Shown here in pieces: positions 1-10,024 of a stretch of 64,000 nt of DNA (within the stretch, counting starts at the first letter, position 1; the number at the start of each line of letters is the position of its first letter). This DNA is from Candidatus Poribacteria bacterium (GTDB lineage: Bacteria; Poribacteria; WGA-4E; WGA-3G). The stretch spans positions 1,984,001 to 2,048,000 of the forward strand of contig OZ219753.1 of NCBI GenBank assembly GCA_964291315.2. The letters are read 5' to 3'. The notes under the pieces are model-generated. The model saw only the letters and a list, made by a program, of their open reading frames with translations. It was not told the DNA's origin and did no database searches. The position numbers were made by a program, and so were the translations under genes.

Positions 1-68
1 ACACTTGTTACTGAAGAAATTGACGAAATCCTCGGACCCCGACCCCAACTGCCAGCGAAACCGGTCAT

Positions 69-893
69 ATGATTTGTCGCGGGAAAACACTTACTTTAGG
101 TACAAATACACACGTGATGGGCATCTTGAACGTCACACCCGACTCCTTTTCTGATGGCGGGAATTACCTTGATGTCCAAAAAGCAATCGCACATGCTGAA
201 ACCATGGTCACCCAAGGCGCTACCCTCATCGATATAGGCGGCGAATCTTCGCGCCCCGGGGCACCATCCATATCGGTCGACGAAGAATTGGCACGAGTAA
301 TCCCCGTGATTCGTGCGCTCGCTGACGCTCTTGATGTTCCACTCTCTGTTGATACCCGGAAAGCAAAAGTGGCACAGCGCGCTCTTGAAGTTGGAGCCCA
401 TATTGTTAATGACATCACCGCACTATCTGGCGATCCAGACATGCCAACAATCATCGCTAAAATGGAAGCAGGGGTTGTTCTCATGCACATGAAGGGAACA
501 CCGCGCACAATGCAGCAGGCCCCAGAATACAACGATGTCGCTAGCGAGATTTTTGCATGGCTTGAAGAAAAGATACGAAACGCTGAAGCACAAGGAATCG
601 ATCCCGAACGCATTATGATTGATCCCGGTATCGGTTTTGGCAAAACCACGGAACACAACCTTGAAATTCTCAAGCGCCTCTCCGAATTTAGAGCATTGAA
701 CAAACCACTGCTCATCGGAACTTCACGGAAGTCTTTTATTGGAAACGTTTTAGGATCTCCGGTGACCGAACGCCTCGACGGCACAATTGCAACAGTATGC
801 TGGGCAATTGCACACGGAGCAGACATCGTGCGCGTCCACGACGTCAAAGCAAACGTTCGAGCTGCACAAATGACAGATGCTCTCTATAGATAA
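69..893 (+). CDS. folP: dihydropteroate synthase
   Basis: MGILNVTPDSFSDGG, IDIGGESSRPG, IDPGIGFGK, GTSRKSFIG, IVRVHDV motifs. Confidence 0.97.
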   Translation: MICRGKTLTLGTNTHVMGILNVTPDSFSDGGNYLDVQKAIAHAETMVTQGATLIDIGGESSRPGAPSISVDEELARVIPVIRALADALDVPLSVDTRKAKVAQRALEVGAHIVNDITALSGDPDMPTIIAKMEAGVVLMHMKGTPRTMQQAPEYNDVASEIFAWLEEKIRNAEAQGIDPERIMIDPGIGFGKTTEHNLEILKRLSEFRALNKPLLIGTSRKSFIGNVLGSPVTERLDGTIATVCWAIAHGADIVRVHDVKANVRAAQMTDALYR

Positions 894-897
894 AACG

Positions 898-1290
898 ATG
901 CACCACCAAAAAATTCAGGGAATCGGTATTGATATTGTTGAGGTCCAACGAATCCGAGAAGCCTCCCAACGGTGGGGGAAACGTTTTGAACAAAGAGTCT
1001 ACACGAAGCAGGAATTGGCCTATTGTGGTAACACAACAACCCGATATTGGCGCCTCGCCGCACGATTCGCTGCCAAAGAAGCAGCACTTAAAGCACTCGG
1101 CACCGGTTTGATAACCGGCATGCGTTGGCACGACGTAGAAGTCCAAGCAAATGCCCTCGGCAAACCGGAACTCATCTTACATGGTGAAGTCCAACGGTAC
1201 GCCAAACAACATCATATCAGCTCGATATTTGTCTCTATGTCCCATACAAATGCTTACGCTGTAGCACAGGTAACCCTTTGTTCTGATTAA
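898..1290 (+). CDS. acpS: holo-[acyl-carrier-protein] synthase
   Basis: GIGIDIVEV, LAARFAAKEAALKALGTG, GKP, SMSH motifs; ATG 898 chosen because 877 overlaps folP. Confidence 0.95.
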   Translation: MHHQKIQGIGIDIVEVQRIREASQRWGKRFEQRVYTKQELAYCGNTTTRYWRLAARFAAKEAALKALGTGLITGMRWHDVEVQANALGKPELILHGEVQRYAKQHHISSIFVSMSHTNAYAVAQVTLCSD

Positions 1291-1356
1291 ATTGGTATAC
1301 AGCCCTGGCCCAACCTCCACATTTTCACAATGTTAAGGTCTGATGTGAGGTAAAAT

Positions 1357-2454
1357 GTGAAATACATTCACAGTTTGATCGCTTTTCTGCTCTATTTTTC
1401 GGTTTGCAGTAACAGTATTGCGTCGGTGGACACAAGAGCAACAGCCGATGGATTCCTCAAACACCTCGTTGGCGCTGAATATCACGGAATGGGCGGCAGT
1501 TTCGCGGCGGCAGCCCGCTCAGCAGATGCCCTCGGCAGCAATCCTGCAGGTATCAACGCATCACAAGGAAACAGATTTGTTCTTCATACAATCCGTTTTC
1601 CGCGAACAATTGCATACATCTCTAAACCGAACCTTGACTCTAATTATGAAGACTACAGCCAGTTTGAACAGCGCGCCTCTGGCATTGAAATGCTCAATTG
1701 GGTGGCACCAATCGGTAAATTCGGCACGATTGGGTTAGCAATCGCTTTCGGGCAAGAGGGCGGCTTCCGGCGCGTCAACTATCTCGGAAAAGCAATCAAC
1801 AGTTTCCCGCAAAACAATCTCGCTGTTGGCTTCGGCTACGCTCTAAACATCCTTCAGAACACAGCTATCGGAGGTGACGCGAAATGGCTCCGTTCAAAAG
1901 TAACAGATGTTGACGCTAAAGAACACCTTGGACACGGTTACGCTTATAACGTCGGTATTATTCAGCGATTTAGCAGCGGAATTCAGATCGGCATCGCAGT
2001 GCGGAATTTAAGCAATGGACTCTCTTTTTCTAACGTTGATATTCCCGATAGAATAGAACGGACAATTGTTGCAGGTGTCGCCTATCACCGCGAGATGTCA
2101 GATGTATCGCTGCGTCTCGGCTTAGATGCCCGCCCGCCCTTCCGTAATGGCGTTCAAGCAAGCGCAGGCGCTGAAATATGGTATAAAAACCGGATCGGTG
2201 GTAGAATCGGATATCTCATGCACACTGAAAAACGCTACGCCTCTGTACTTCTACTCCAAGGCGCTTCGTTTCAAACACAAGAACGACTCTGGGAAGCAGA
2301 AGGAATATGCTACGGTTTGGGGATCCGATTCGGTAGTATCACACTAAATGCCGCATATACGCCACAATTCGAACCTACGGTAGTCGGGGCAGAACGACTT
2401 CATACCGTCCAAGGCGATGCCATTTACACCCTTTCAATCGGACAAGCCTTTTAG
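1357..2454 (+). CDS. PorV/PorQ/FadL-like outer-membrane beta-barrel protein
   Basis: signal peptide; GMGGSFAA..S.DAL..NPAG N-terminal motif typical of PorV/FadL-like barrels; alternating beta-strands; terminal Phe. Confidence 0.7.
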   Translation: MKYIHSLIAFLLYFSVCSNSIASVDTRATADGFLKHLVGAEYHGMGGSFAAAARSADALGSNPAGINASQGNRFVLHTIRFPRTIAYISKPNLDSNYEDYSQFEQRASGIEMLNWVAPIGKFGTIGLAIAFGQEGGFRRVNYLGKAINSFPQNNLAVGFGYALNILQNTAIGGDAKWLRSKVTDVDAKEHLGHGYAYNVGIIQRFSSGIQIGIAVRNLSNGLSFSNVDIPDRIERTIVAGVAYHREMSDVSLRLGLDARPPFRNGVQASAGAEIWYKNRIGGRIGYLMHTEKRYASVLLLQGASFQTQERLWEAEGICYGLGIRFGSITLNAAYTPQFEPTVVGAERLHTVQGDAIYTLSIGQAF

Positions 2455-2470
2455 AAGCGCGGGGATGCGA

Positions 2471-3064
2471 ATGTCTGACGAATACAGAACAGTGACAGGA
2501 ATTGCTTACGCACATCATGTTGAGAAAAAATCGAGGTTTTTTGCTGAGGCAACCACTGCAAAAACGAAGGTAGCAGTGAAGTCCTTCCTCACTGAAGTCC
2601 AGAAACGTAACCCACGAGCCTCACACTACTGTTACGCTTACAGTATCAGTAAGCAAAACGCCCGACAAGAATACGCCACGGATGCAGGAGAACCGACATA
2701 CTCGGCGGGCCCCCCTATACTGGCCGCTATTCTTGCTTTTGATTTGTGTAATACCGTCTGCGTTGTCGCCCGGTATTATGGCTGCATTAACCTCGGTGTA
2801 GGCGGATTAATCCGAGCTTATGGACGATGCGCAAGAGAATGCCTCGAAAATGCCACCATCAAAACCGAGGTCTTTTATCAAAATTTATGCTTGGAAGTTA
2901 ATTACTCAACAATTGGTACCGTTATTACGCTGTGCAAACGATCAGGCGGAAAAGTAGTAAACATCAAATACAACCCGGATCCAATTATTGAGGTTCAGAT
3001 CCGGCAAAGCGCTCTTGAAAATTTCCAGTCACGACTTCACAGGATTGGAGTCATAACACAATAG
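2471..3064 (+). CDS. YigZ/IMPACT family protein
   Basis: EKKSRF, ASHYCYAY, DAGEP..SAG.PIL, VARYYG.INLGVGGLIRAY. Confidence 0.92.
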   Translation: MSDEYRTVTGIAYAHHVEKKSRFFAEATTAKTKVAVKSFLTEVQKRNPRASHYCYAYSISKQNARQEYATDAGEPTYSAGPPILAAILAFDLCNTVCVVARYYGCINLGVGGLIRAYGRCARECLENATIKTEVFYQNLCLEVNYSTIGTVITLCKRSGGKVVNIKYNPDPIIEVQIRQSALENFQSRLHRIGVITQ

Positions 3065-3112
3065 GTACCTATTTGCTCAGATGTAAGACTAGGTACGTCG
3101 GAGGAATTCGTA

Positions 3113-3553
3113 ATGAGCAATATACAAATAAAGTATACAACAACACATGAGTGGGCTGAGATTCTCGATTCACAAGAGTGCAGCATCGGAATTACCGAAC
3201 GTGGTCAAGAACTCTATAGCAACGCCGTTTTTATCGAATTGCCGGATCTACGTGAATTCGAACAAAATGAAATTATGGGATGTATCGAAACTTCTGACGG
3301 CAGGAATTTCTATATCCATGCCCCAATAAGCGGCGAGGTATATGAGGTCAACACCGCTCTCGAAGATGATATTGACCTTCTCAACCGATTCCCGGAAGGC
3401 GACGGTTGGATTTGTAAACTCCACATTGAGAATCAGAGCGAGATAGAGGGACTCCTCACGCTGCAAGAATACATGCTGTATGAAGAAGATGAACTCAATG
3501 AAGAGGAGTACCTGCCAGAAACTGATTTCTATGAACACATTGAAGACTATTAA
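3113..3553 (+). CDS. glycine cleavage H-protein paralogue lacking the lipoyl-Lys, with acidic tail
   Basis: YTTTHEW, IGIT, FIELP, APISGEVYEVN, LLN..PEGDGWI fit the GcvH fold; ESVK hairpin replaced by ETSDGR; RBS GGAGG. Confidence 0.85.
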   Translation: MSNIQIKYTTTHEWAEILDSQECSIGITERGQELYSNAVFIELPDLREFEQNEIMGCIETSDGRNFYIHAPISGEVYEVNTALEDDIDLLNRFPEGDGWICKLHIENQSEIEGLLTLQEYMLYEEDELNEEEYLPETDFYEHIEDY

Positions 3554-3697
3554 ACATAGGATTATCGCATTAGCAATTTATGAGCCCTATCCTAGCAGAC
3601 TGCCCTACGGAGGAAGTGGAGACCGCATTCGCTAATCGCAATATTGATCCACTGTCCGAACGAAGAAACCTATGATTAAGTCCCAAAAAGGAAAACT

Positions 3698-4537
3698 ATG
3701 GCACAGATAGAAAAAATTAGAATCGGGCACAGCCCCGATTCTGACGATGCATTTATGTTTTACGCCCTTGCAAAAGGCCTAATCTCAACAGAACCTTATG
3801 AAATCGTCCATGTTATCGAAGATATTGAGACTTTGAATCAACGAGCACTTGCTGCCGAGCTAGAAGTTACAGCAATTTCTGTTCACGCTTACGCTTACGT
3901 CGCTAAAGACTATACACTTATGCCATGTGGAGCAAGCATCGGAGATCGCTATGGGCCAATTGTCGTTGCTAAAACACCAATGGACACCCTTAAAGGGAAA
4001 CGCATCGCTATCCCAGGCAAAATGACAACTGCCTACCTTACTTTAAGCCTCTTTGAATCCAATTTTGAGGCAGAGACCCGCCCCTTCGATAAAATATTAG
4101 ATGCCGTACAACAGAATGAAGTCGAAGCAGGTCTTATTATTCATGAAGGGCAGCTGACTTATGCCCGCGAGGGACTCCATAAAATTATCGATTTAGGAGA
4201 GTGGTGGTATGAGGAAACTGGACTTCCTTTACCCCTCGGGGCCAACGTGATACGCCGCGACCTCGGCACGGAAAAAATTCGCCAGATAACAACACTGCTC
4301 AAACACAGCATTCAGTATTCATTAGAGCATCGAGCACATGGATTGGAATACGCGATGACCTATGCTCGAGATATGGAGACAGCACTCGCAGACAAATTCG
4401 TCGGGATGTACGTAAATGATTACACGCTCGATTATGGTGAGAAGGGGCGCGCTGGAGTCCGAGAGTTGCTCCACCGCGGCAATAGCGCAGGTATCATTCC
4501 ATATCCTGTAGATGTTGACTTTGTCACACTAGACTAG
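3698..4537 (+). CDS. mqnD: MqnA/MqnD family protein, likely 1,4-dihydroxy-6-naphthoate synthase (futalosine pathway)
   Basis: GHSPDSDDAFMFYAL, DIETLN, AIPGKMTTA, LIIHEGQLTY, DLGEWW..ETGLPLPLG, MYVN. Confidence 0.88.
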   Translation: MAQIEKIRIGHSPDSDDAFMFYALAKGLISTEPYEIVHVIEDIETLNQRALAAELEVTAISVHAYAYVAKDYTLMPCGASIGDRYGPIVVAKTPMDTLKGKRIAIPGKMTTAYLTLSLFESNFEAETRPFDKILDAVQQNEVEAGLIIHEGQLTYAREGLHKIIDLGEWWYEETGLPLPLGANVIRRDLGTEKIRQITTLLKHSIQYSLEHRAHGLEYAMTYARDMETALADKFVGMYVNDYTLDYGEKGRAGVRELLHRGNSAGIIPYPVDVDFVTLD

Positions 4538-4605
4538 CCATCTATTCTGTCTCCAACAAGCGAGGCACATACATCGCGCCCTGTTTCTTCGCAAAGGGAA
4601 CCACT

Positions 4606-4833
4606 ATGGATGCAAAACGCCGCAGATACTTCCATTTAGAAAATGTTAACGCCGAGAGACTAGCCTACGGTGTCCTCTATGACGAGGGAAATGTACAAAT
4701 CCTATGGCGAACCGACCAAGGGTACACAGCAGAACAATATTCATCTCTTACATTGGCCCTGGGCATGATGAAGGACATTGCTGTCCTTCGTTTTGAAGAT
4801 AACCGTAGAAAAAATAAAAACACAAGCACATAG
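4606..4833 (+). CDS. small hypothetical protein (75 aa)
   Basis: RBS AAAGGGA before ATG; fills the gap; R.F.L...A.GV.Y..G.V...W pattern. Confidence 0.65.
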   Translation: MDAKRRRYFHLENVNAERLAYGVLYDEGNVQILWRTDQGYTAEQYSSLTLALGMMKDIAVLRFEDNRRKNKNTST

Positions 4834-4852
4834 TAAAAGTACCAGCGGGGTT

Positions 4853-5725
4853 CTAACGTAGTCTTCGATCCGCTAATTTGATAATCTCGCCATTTTCCTG
4901 TGCAATATACATATACCCCAAACCATCTAACACAACGCCCTCTTGCTCATCGCCCGGTAGGAGGTATTGCGCTAAAATCGTGCCATCCCGTTTAAGTTCA
5001 ACTAGCAAATTGCTCGTATCACTGACTAACACGAGACAGTCGCCCTGCGCATCATAAGCCAACCCTGAAATATCAATGAAGTTCATTCGATAGACGTTGA
5101 TAATCATGCCTTCTGCCTCGCGCGACTTTCCAGAACGGAGCGGAACCACCACCTCACATACAACTGAAGGTTCATCCTCTGGTTTGAGACTAAAAGATTG
5201 GTTACCAACCCAAAAAGTCCCACCTTCAGGATGCAAAGTATCACGCACAAAGGCGATCGCTTCGATACCCATACCACCTTTTTTTAAGATATGTTCGCCC
5301 TCAAAAGTCCTGTTAATTTTGAACTCTCTCTGAATCGTTAATGTTCCTACATCTAGCTCTAAGATTATCTCGTCGCCTTCCACCGCGGCATAAAGCATAC
5401 CCGTATCCGGATCCACAGTAATCCCTTCAATGTCGCGCTCGCTCAGCTCTTTTGATTGAACAAGCATACCATCTAACCCAACTTCATGAACACTCCCTGA
5501 GTCATCAGCGATAAATAGAGTCCGGCGCGCCGAGTGATAGGTAATACCAGAGGGTTCAGCAATTTGCGACCTTGTAATATTACCTACCCAACTATACGGA
5601 AGCGCAACCGGACGCGAAACCGCTACACCTTTCGTTACGGAGTCCTCCATTTGGATAAGAAAATAAACGAGACCGACCCCGATACCAATAATAAAAATGA
5701 TTAAGAGCACACGTTTATAGGACAT
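4853..5725 (-). CDS. SdiA-regulated/YjiK-like beta-propeller with N-terminal membrane anchor
   Basis: EPSGITY, DIEGIT, GIEAIAF, DISGLAYD, QEGVVLD repeats; start moved to MSYKR (5725), followed by a TM helix. Confidence 0.8.
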   Translation of the reverse strand: MSYKRVLLIIFIIGIGVGLVYFLIQMEDSVTKGVAVSRPVALPYSWVGNITRSQIAEPSGITYHSARRTLFIADDSGSVHEVGLDGMLVQSKELSERDIEGITVDPDTGMLYAAVEGDEIILELDVGTLTIQREFKINRTFEGEHILKKGGMGIEAIAFVRDTLHPEGGTFWVGNQSFSLKPEDEPSVVCEVVVPLRSGKSREAEGMIINVYRMNFIDISGLAYDAQGDCLVLVSDTSNLLVELKRDGTILAQYLLPGDEQEGVVLDGLGYMYIAQENGEIIKLADRRLR

Positions 5726-6166
5726 TCGCCAATCCCGTTTCTCCGTTGTAAGACTTCTAACCTCGGTTAAATGCATCAAGGCACTCTCTGCAAAATTATG
5801 CTTGTAATATATCATGTTCCGCACCATTAAGCAACAAAAACGGGACAATTGCAGCACCATTGATTTTCTTTAACAGGACTTCCGGTTATGAAGATCTCTT
5901 TTCTGGATGGCCGAATTGGAAAACTAGATAACCTTATGATACGCAAGAGGCATAGGTTTCCAAAAACTATTTTCCCTTGACAAACTGCCTGTGATAATTG
6001 TATTTTAATTTAACTCACAATTTGATCGGCCAGCAATACAATAATGTTTTGCTGGCAAATCAACGTTTTCACACCTAGGAGAGGTCAGTGCTTTCTGATA
6101 GCACGCCTGAAACCGAAAACCGTATGTCCGAACTCGTATAGGGGATACGATAAGCAAGGATCGGTT

Positions 6167-7582
6167 ATGACTAACATGCCGAGGCTCGTCGTTGAAGTCT
6201 TTGAACATGTGAATTTTCAAGGACGCAAAGTAACGCTCATTAAATCGGTGCCAAATACTGGAGAGATTGGTGCACAAGACATTATCTCCTCAGTTAAGAT
6301 TTATAAAGGCCCTGGATTTAACGCGTCTCCGAACTATAAAGCGATCTTTCACGAGCATGAAGACTATAGAGGCCGCAGACTTGTACTCCCCCCAGGGTTC
6401 TATCCGAATATTCATGATATCCCTTACAATTTTGGAGACGCTATTACGTCTATCAGCTTTAGTCCATCCGCACATCCAACCCCGCCAGAGTACGGGGCTG
6501 TGCCGGTTATTATCGAAGTGTTTCGTGATGTCGACTATAGTGGGCAACGCAGCGTTATCATGCGCGACGTCAGTTCGATGTTTGACATCGGTATGAACGA
6601 TACGGTTTCGTCCATCCGTATCCAGCGGGGACCCAGTTTCCCCTTCAGCGGATGTCATGTTATCTTTTATGAACACGTCAATTTTGAAGGGCGACGCCTG
6701 AACCTAAATTTAAGCTCGCGGGAATTCCAATTAGCACTTCCCAAGCTTAGAGATCTCCCGCATCAGCAATCATTTTCGGATATCATTTCGTCTATAAAAA
6801 TTGTTCCGTTAGGAGTATTCCGAGTCCTAGTTGTCGTTGGGGATAAACGGACAGGAGAGCCCGCCGTATTAGAATCGCTTACCACAATTGAAGGACTAGA
6901 ATTCCAATTCACGACCGTTCATGTCAACGACAACCCCGACAATTATGGCGACCCTAACAATGCTATCAAACTTTCAAGCATCACGCTTTCAGATTATGAT
7001 ATTCTCTGGTTTACTTGGAACGCACCAGGACATGACGGGGCATATTTCATCGAAGACGCGGATCAGGCAATCCGTGACTTTGTACGTAAAGGCGGAATCG
7101 TCTGGGCCTCAGCAATGGATAACAATATCATACCACCCGATGGCGTCCATACTACCGAACCCCAATGGCGCGGGGACTGGCTGCCAGTCAACCGGCACCC
7201 GTTGCGTGTTGTTAACTCCAACGATAGCAACGTTCAAGTTACCGGGGATGGGCAAAAAACCGGACTGTTTACCTGGCCCCATAAAGTTAATGTAGATACA
7301 CTTGTAACCGACGATCATTGGATAACAGAAGACAAAAGCTATCGAAAATTAGCAGTCAGAGAAGATAACGGCGATGCAGCAAGCCTCCAATTACAATGGG
7401 GCGAAGGCCATTATGTCACTTTTGCTGTAGATACTCGCGACGCCTATCGCACAACGATAGCCAAACCACTCATTGAGAATGCGCTGTGTTATTTAGCGAA
7501 CCTCGCATGGCAGACTTCTCCTCGTCAACCGCTCAAGGGGCGATACCGGACGCACCTCAGCAGCGATACAATCTTCCGGTGA
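6167..7582 (+). CDS. beta/gamma-crystallin domain protein (4 Greek-key motifs) with C-terminal GATase/ThuA-like alpha/beta domain
   Basis: four F/Y-E-H-x-N/D-F/Y-x-G ... D-x-x-S/T-S motifs; C-terminal YDILWF...AIRDFVRKGG; RBS AAGGA before ATG 6167. Confidence 0.8.
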   Translation: MTNMPRLVVEVFEHVNFQGRKVTLIKSVPNTGEIGAQDIISSVKIYKGPGFNASPNYKAIFHEHEDYRGRRLVLPPGFYPNIHDIPYNFGDAITSISFSPSAHPTPPEYGAVPVIIEVFRDVDYSGQRSVIMRDVSSMFDIGMNDTVSSIRIQRGPSFPFSGCHVIFYEHVNFEGRRLNLNLSSREFQLALPKLRDLPHQQSFSDIISSIKIVPLGVFRVLVVVGDKRTGEPAVLESLTTIEGLEFQFTTVHVNDNPDNYGDPNNAIKLSSITLSDYDILWFTWNAPGHDGAYFIEDADQAIRDFVRKGGIVWASAMDNNIIPPDGVHTTEPQWRGDWLPVNRHPLRVVNSNDSNVQVTGDGQKTGLFTWPHKVNVDTLVTDDHWITEDKSYRKLAVREDNGDAASLQLQWGEGHYVTFAVDTRDAYRTTIAKPLIENALCYLANLAWQTSPRQPLKGRYRTHLSSDTIFR

Positions 7583-7651
7583 TTTTTTTGTAGGCACCCT
7601 CGCATAAGGCGTACCAGTGCCCTCGTTCCACCCCATTATTAGGAGAATTGA

Positions 7652-9952
7652 ATGCGTTTCATTGCTGTGATCGTCTTTTTAATCGCTGTCGCTATTACTG
7701 TTGGATGGTTTGCTGTCCAAAACCTTGATAATTTTGGACAGAGCGGCGTGATGCGGATATTAGGCTCTGTGATGCTCGTGTTGATTGCTATCCTCGCAGC
7801 GTTCATTGCTATGGTGGTCCGCTACCGGATACCTAAAGCCGATGTCGCACTCGTGCGAACAGGAGGCTCTAAAGAAAAAATCAGTATCACCGGAGGACTC
7901 TGGGTTAACACTATTATCCATGAGATTAAGGAAATCTCTCTCAACACCATACGCATTGAAGTCATCCGTGAGGGACCAGAAGCCTTAATTACCTATGACT
8001 TCAACCGCGGCGACGTAGAAGTTGTATTTTATCTTAAAGTTGAACCCAATCAGACCGATATCTTGCGGGCAGCGCAAGCACTAGGTGATAAATCCATGAC
8101 ACCAGAAACCGTGCGTGAGCTGATCGAACCTAAGCTCGAAGGAGCTTTGCGGAGTGTCGCCGCAGAAAGCGAAATCCAAGAGCTCCTCCAAAAACGCCAA
8201 GAATTCGCTGACAAAGTTCAAAGCGCTTGTGGTGAAGACTTAGAGATCCAAAACGGACTGACCCTTGAAACTGTCTCCGTTATCCGCGTAGACCAAACAC
8301 CTGTTGAGACACTAGACGCTGAAAACCGTTTCGATGCAGTCGGTATTCGGGAAATCACTGAAATTACAGCCGATCAAGAACGAGAAAAAGAACGTATAGT
8401 CTTGGAAAAAGAGGTCGCTATCGTCCAAATCGAGGTCGACGCACGTATTCAGAAACTCGAGGCAGAACAACAACAGGCCTGGGCCGAATCTGACCAGCAG
8501 AAAAATATCGCTATTTACGCCGCTGAACGAGAAGCCGAAACTCTCAAGTTCCAATTTGAAATGGAACAAGGGGTACAAGAGCGCGAATACGAAATGAAGC
8601 AAGAAGTCGAACGAGCCCGTATTACCCAAGAACAGATCGTCGAAGAACGTGAAATTGAAATGAATCGCGACATCCAAGTCGCCCGCGTCCAACAAGAGCA
8701 AATTGTCGCTGAACGAGAGATTGAGAAGAACCTTATCGTAGAAACACAACAGATTGAACAGTCCAGAGTTGTACAACTCGCCGAAATCCAGCAGCATCTT
8801 ACTGTCCAGATCCAGAAGATACAACAAGAACAAACAATTGCTGTCCGCGACATAGAGAAGGAATTGGAAGTTGAAAAAGCCCGTATTTCCCAAGAAGAAG
8901 GAGTCTCTTTACGAGATATCGAACGAGACTTGATAGTGCAGACAACGCGCTTTGGTCAAGAACAACAAGTGCAACAACGCGAGATTGAAAAAAATCTCGT
9001 CGTCGAAACCGCACAGATCGACCAAATGCGACAGGTCGAACTTGCAGAAATCGCTAAAACTTTGACAGTCGAACAATCACGGATTGCCCAAGAACAACTC
9101 GTAGCTGTCCGAGATATAGAGAAGGAATTGGAAGTTGAAAAAGCCCGTATTTCCCAAGAAGAAGGAGTCTCTTTACGAGATATCGAACGAGACCTGATAG
9201 TGCAGACAACGCGCTTTGGTCAAGAACAACAAGTGCAACAACGCGAGATTGAAAAAAATCTCGTCGTCGAAACCGCACAGATCGACCAAATGCGACAGGT
9301 CGAACTCGCAGAAATCGCTAAAACTTTGACAGTCGAACAATCACGGATCAATCAGGAATTACAAGTTGCCTTAGTCGATGAGGATCGAAAAATTGATGTT
9401 GCCAATAAACAACAAATGACCGCTTTCGCCGAGAAAGAGCAGCTGGTAGCTGAATCTGAACGTATGGGAGCAGAAGTGAACGTGACCGCCACAGAACAAG
9501 TAAAAGAGGCGGAGTGGCAGCGTGAAGTCGCTATTATCGGCGCCGAGGCGCAAGCACAACCAATTGAACGCCTCGCTGATGCTGTGCTCGCCGAAGCGCG
9601 AGCAAAAGCACAAGGTGAAATGGCGGAATACGAAGCCCGAAATGTTGCTGAACAGCGTGTCCTCGTGCAAGAAGCCATTATGGAACTCATCAATGAGTTC
9701 CCTGATATTGCCGAACAATTGATGCGACCTGTAGAAAAAATTGATAGCATCAAAATCTTGGATATGGGAAACAATGACGGCTCGCGCGGCATTAACCGAA
9801 GCAATATGGGGAAACTCGCAAACGCCTTACTTGATACCGGCGCCATCTCTCCAATGCTTAAAGAACTCTTTAATTTCGCTGATGTTGATGCCCAGCAAAT
9901 TACTGATAAAATTGCTGAGTATCTGGCAGATCTTGTTAATCGCCCAAGTTGA
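7652..9952 (+). CDS. SPFH/band-7 flotillin-like protein with expanded coiled-coil repeats
   Basis: 2 N-terminal TM helices, ALVRTG, EGALRSVAA, NGLTLETVS..DQT, PVEKIDSIKI flotillin C-terminal motif; RBS AGGAG. Confidence 0.9.
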   Translation: MRFIAVIVFLIAVAITVGWFAVQNLDNFGQSGVMRILGSVMLVLIAILAAFIAMVVRYRIPKADVALVRTGGSKEKISITGGLWVNTIIHEIKEISLNTIRIEVIREGPEALITYDFNRGDVEVVFYLKVEPNQTDILRAAQALGDKSMTPETVRELIEPKLEGALRSVAAESEIQELLQKRQEFADKVQSACGEDLEIQNGLTLETVSVIRVDQTPVETLDAENRFDAVGIREITEITADQEREKERIVLEKEVAIVQIEVDARIQKLEAEQQQAWAESDQQKNIAIYAAEREAETLKFQFEMEQGVQEREYEMKQEVERARITQEQIVEEREIEMNRDIQVARVQQEQIVAEREIEKNLIVETQQIEQSRVVQLAEIQQHLTVQIQKIQQEQTIAVRDIEKELEVEKARISQEEGVSLRDIERDLIVQTTRFGQEQQVQQREIEKNLVVETAQIDQMRQVELAEIAKTLTVEQSRIAQEQLVAVRDIEKELEVEKARISQEEGVSLRDIERDLIVQTTRFGQEQQVQQREIEKNLVVETAQIDQMRQVELAEIAKTLTVEQSRINQELQVALVDEDRKIDVANKQQMTAFAEKEQLVAESERMGAEVNVTATEQVKEAEWQREVAIIGAEAQAQPIERLADAVLAEARAKAQGEMAEYEARNVAEQRVLVQEAIMELINEFPDIAEQLMRPVEKIDSIKILDMGNNDGSRGINRSNMGKLANALLDTGAISPMLKELFNFADVDAQQITDKIAEYLADLVNRPS
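8840..9348 (+). repeat. near-identical tandem duplication, period 264 bp (88 aa = 4 x 22 aa)
   Basis: 8840-9084 repeated at 9104-9348; the four differences spotted are synonymous. Confidence 0.95.
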
Positions 9953-10024
9953 TTTTCATTCACAGCTCCGAATAAACGCTCCGTGGCGTGATTTCCAGTT
10001 TGGTATTTCTCACGGAAAGAAAAT

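Noticed and set aside
164-847. 227-aa antisense ORF and similar shadow ORFs throughout
   Set aside because: They lie opposite well-supported genes (here folP) and have no motifs or RBS.
8312-9963. Long antisense ORFs (8312-8893, 9352-9963, and the twin 8799-9014/9054-9278)
   Set aside because: Shadows of the repetitive flotillin gene; the twin ORFs merely reflect the 264-bp duplication.
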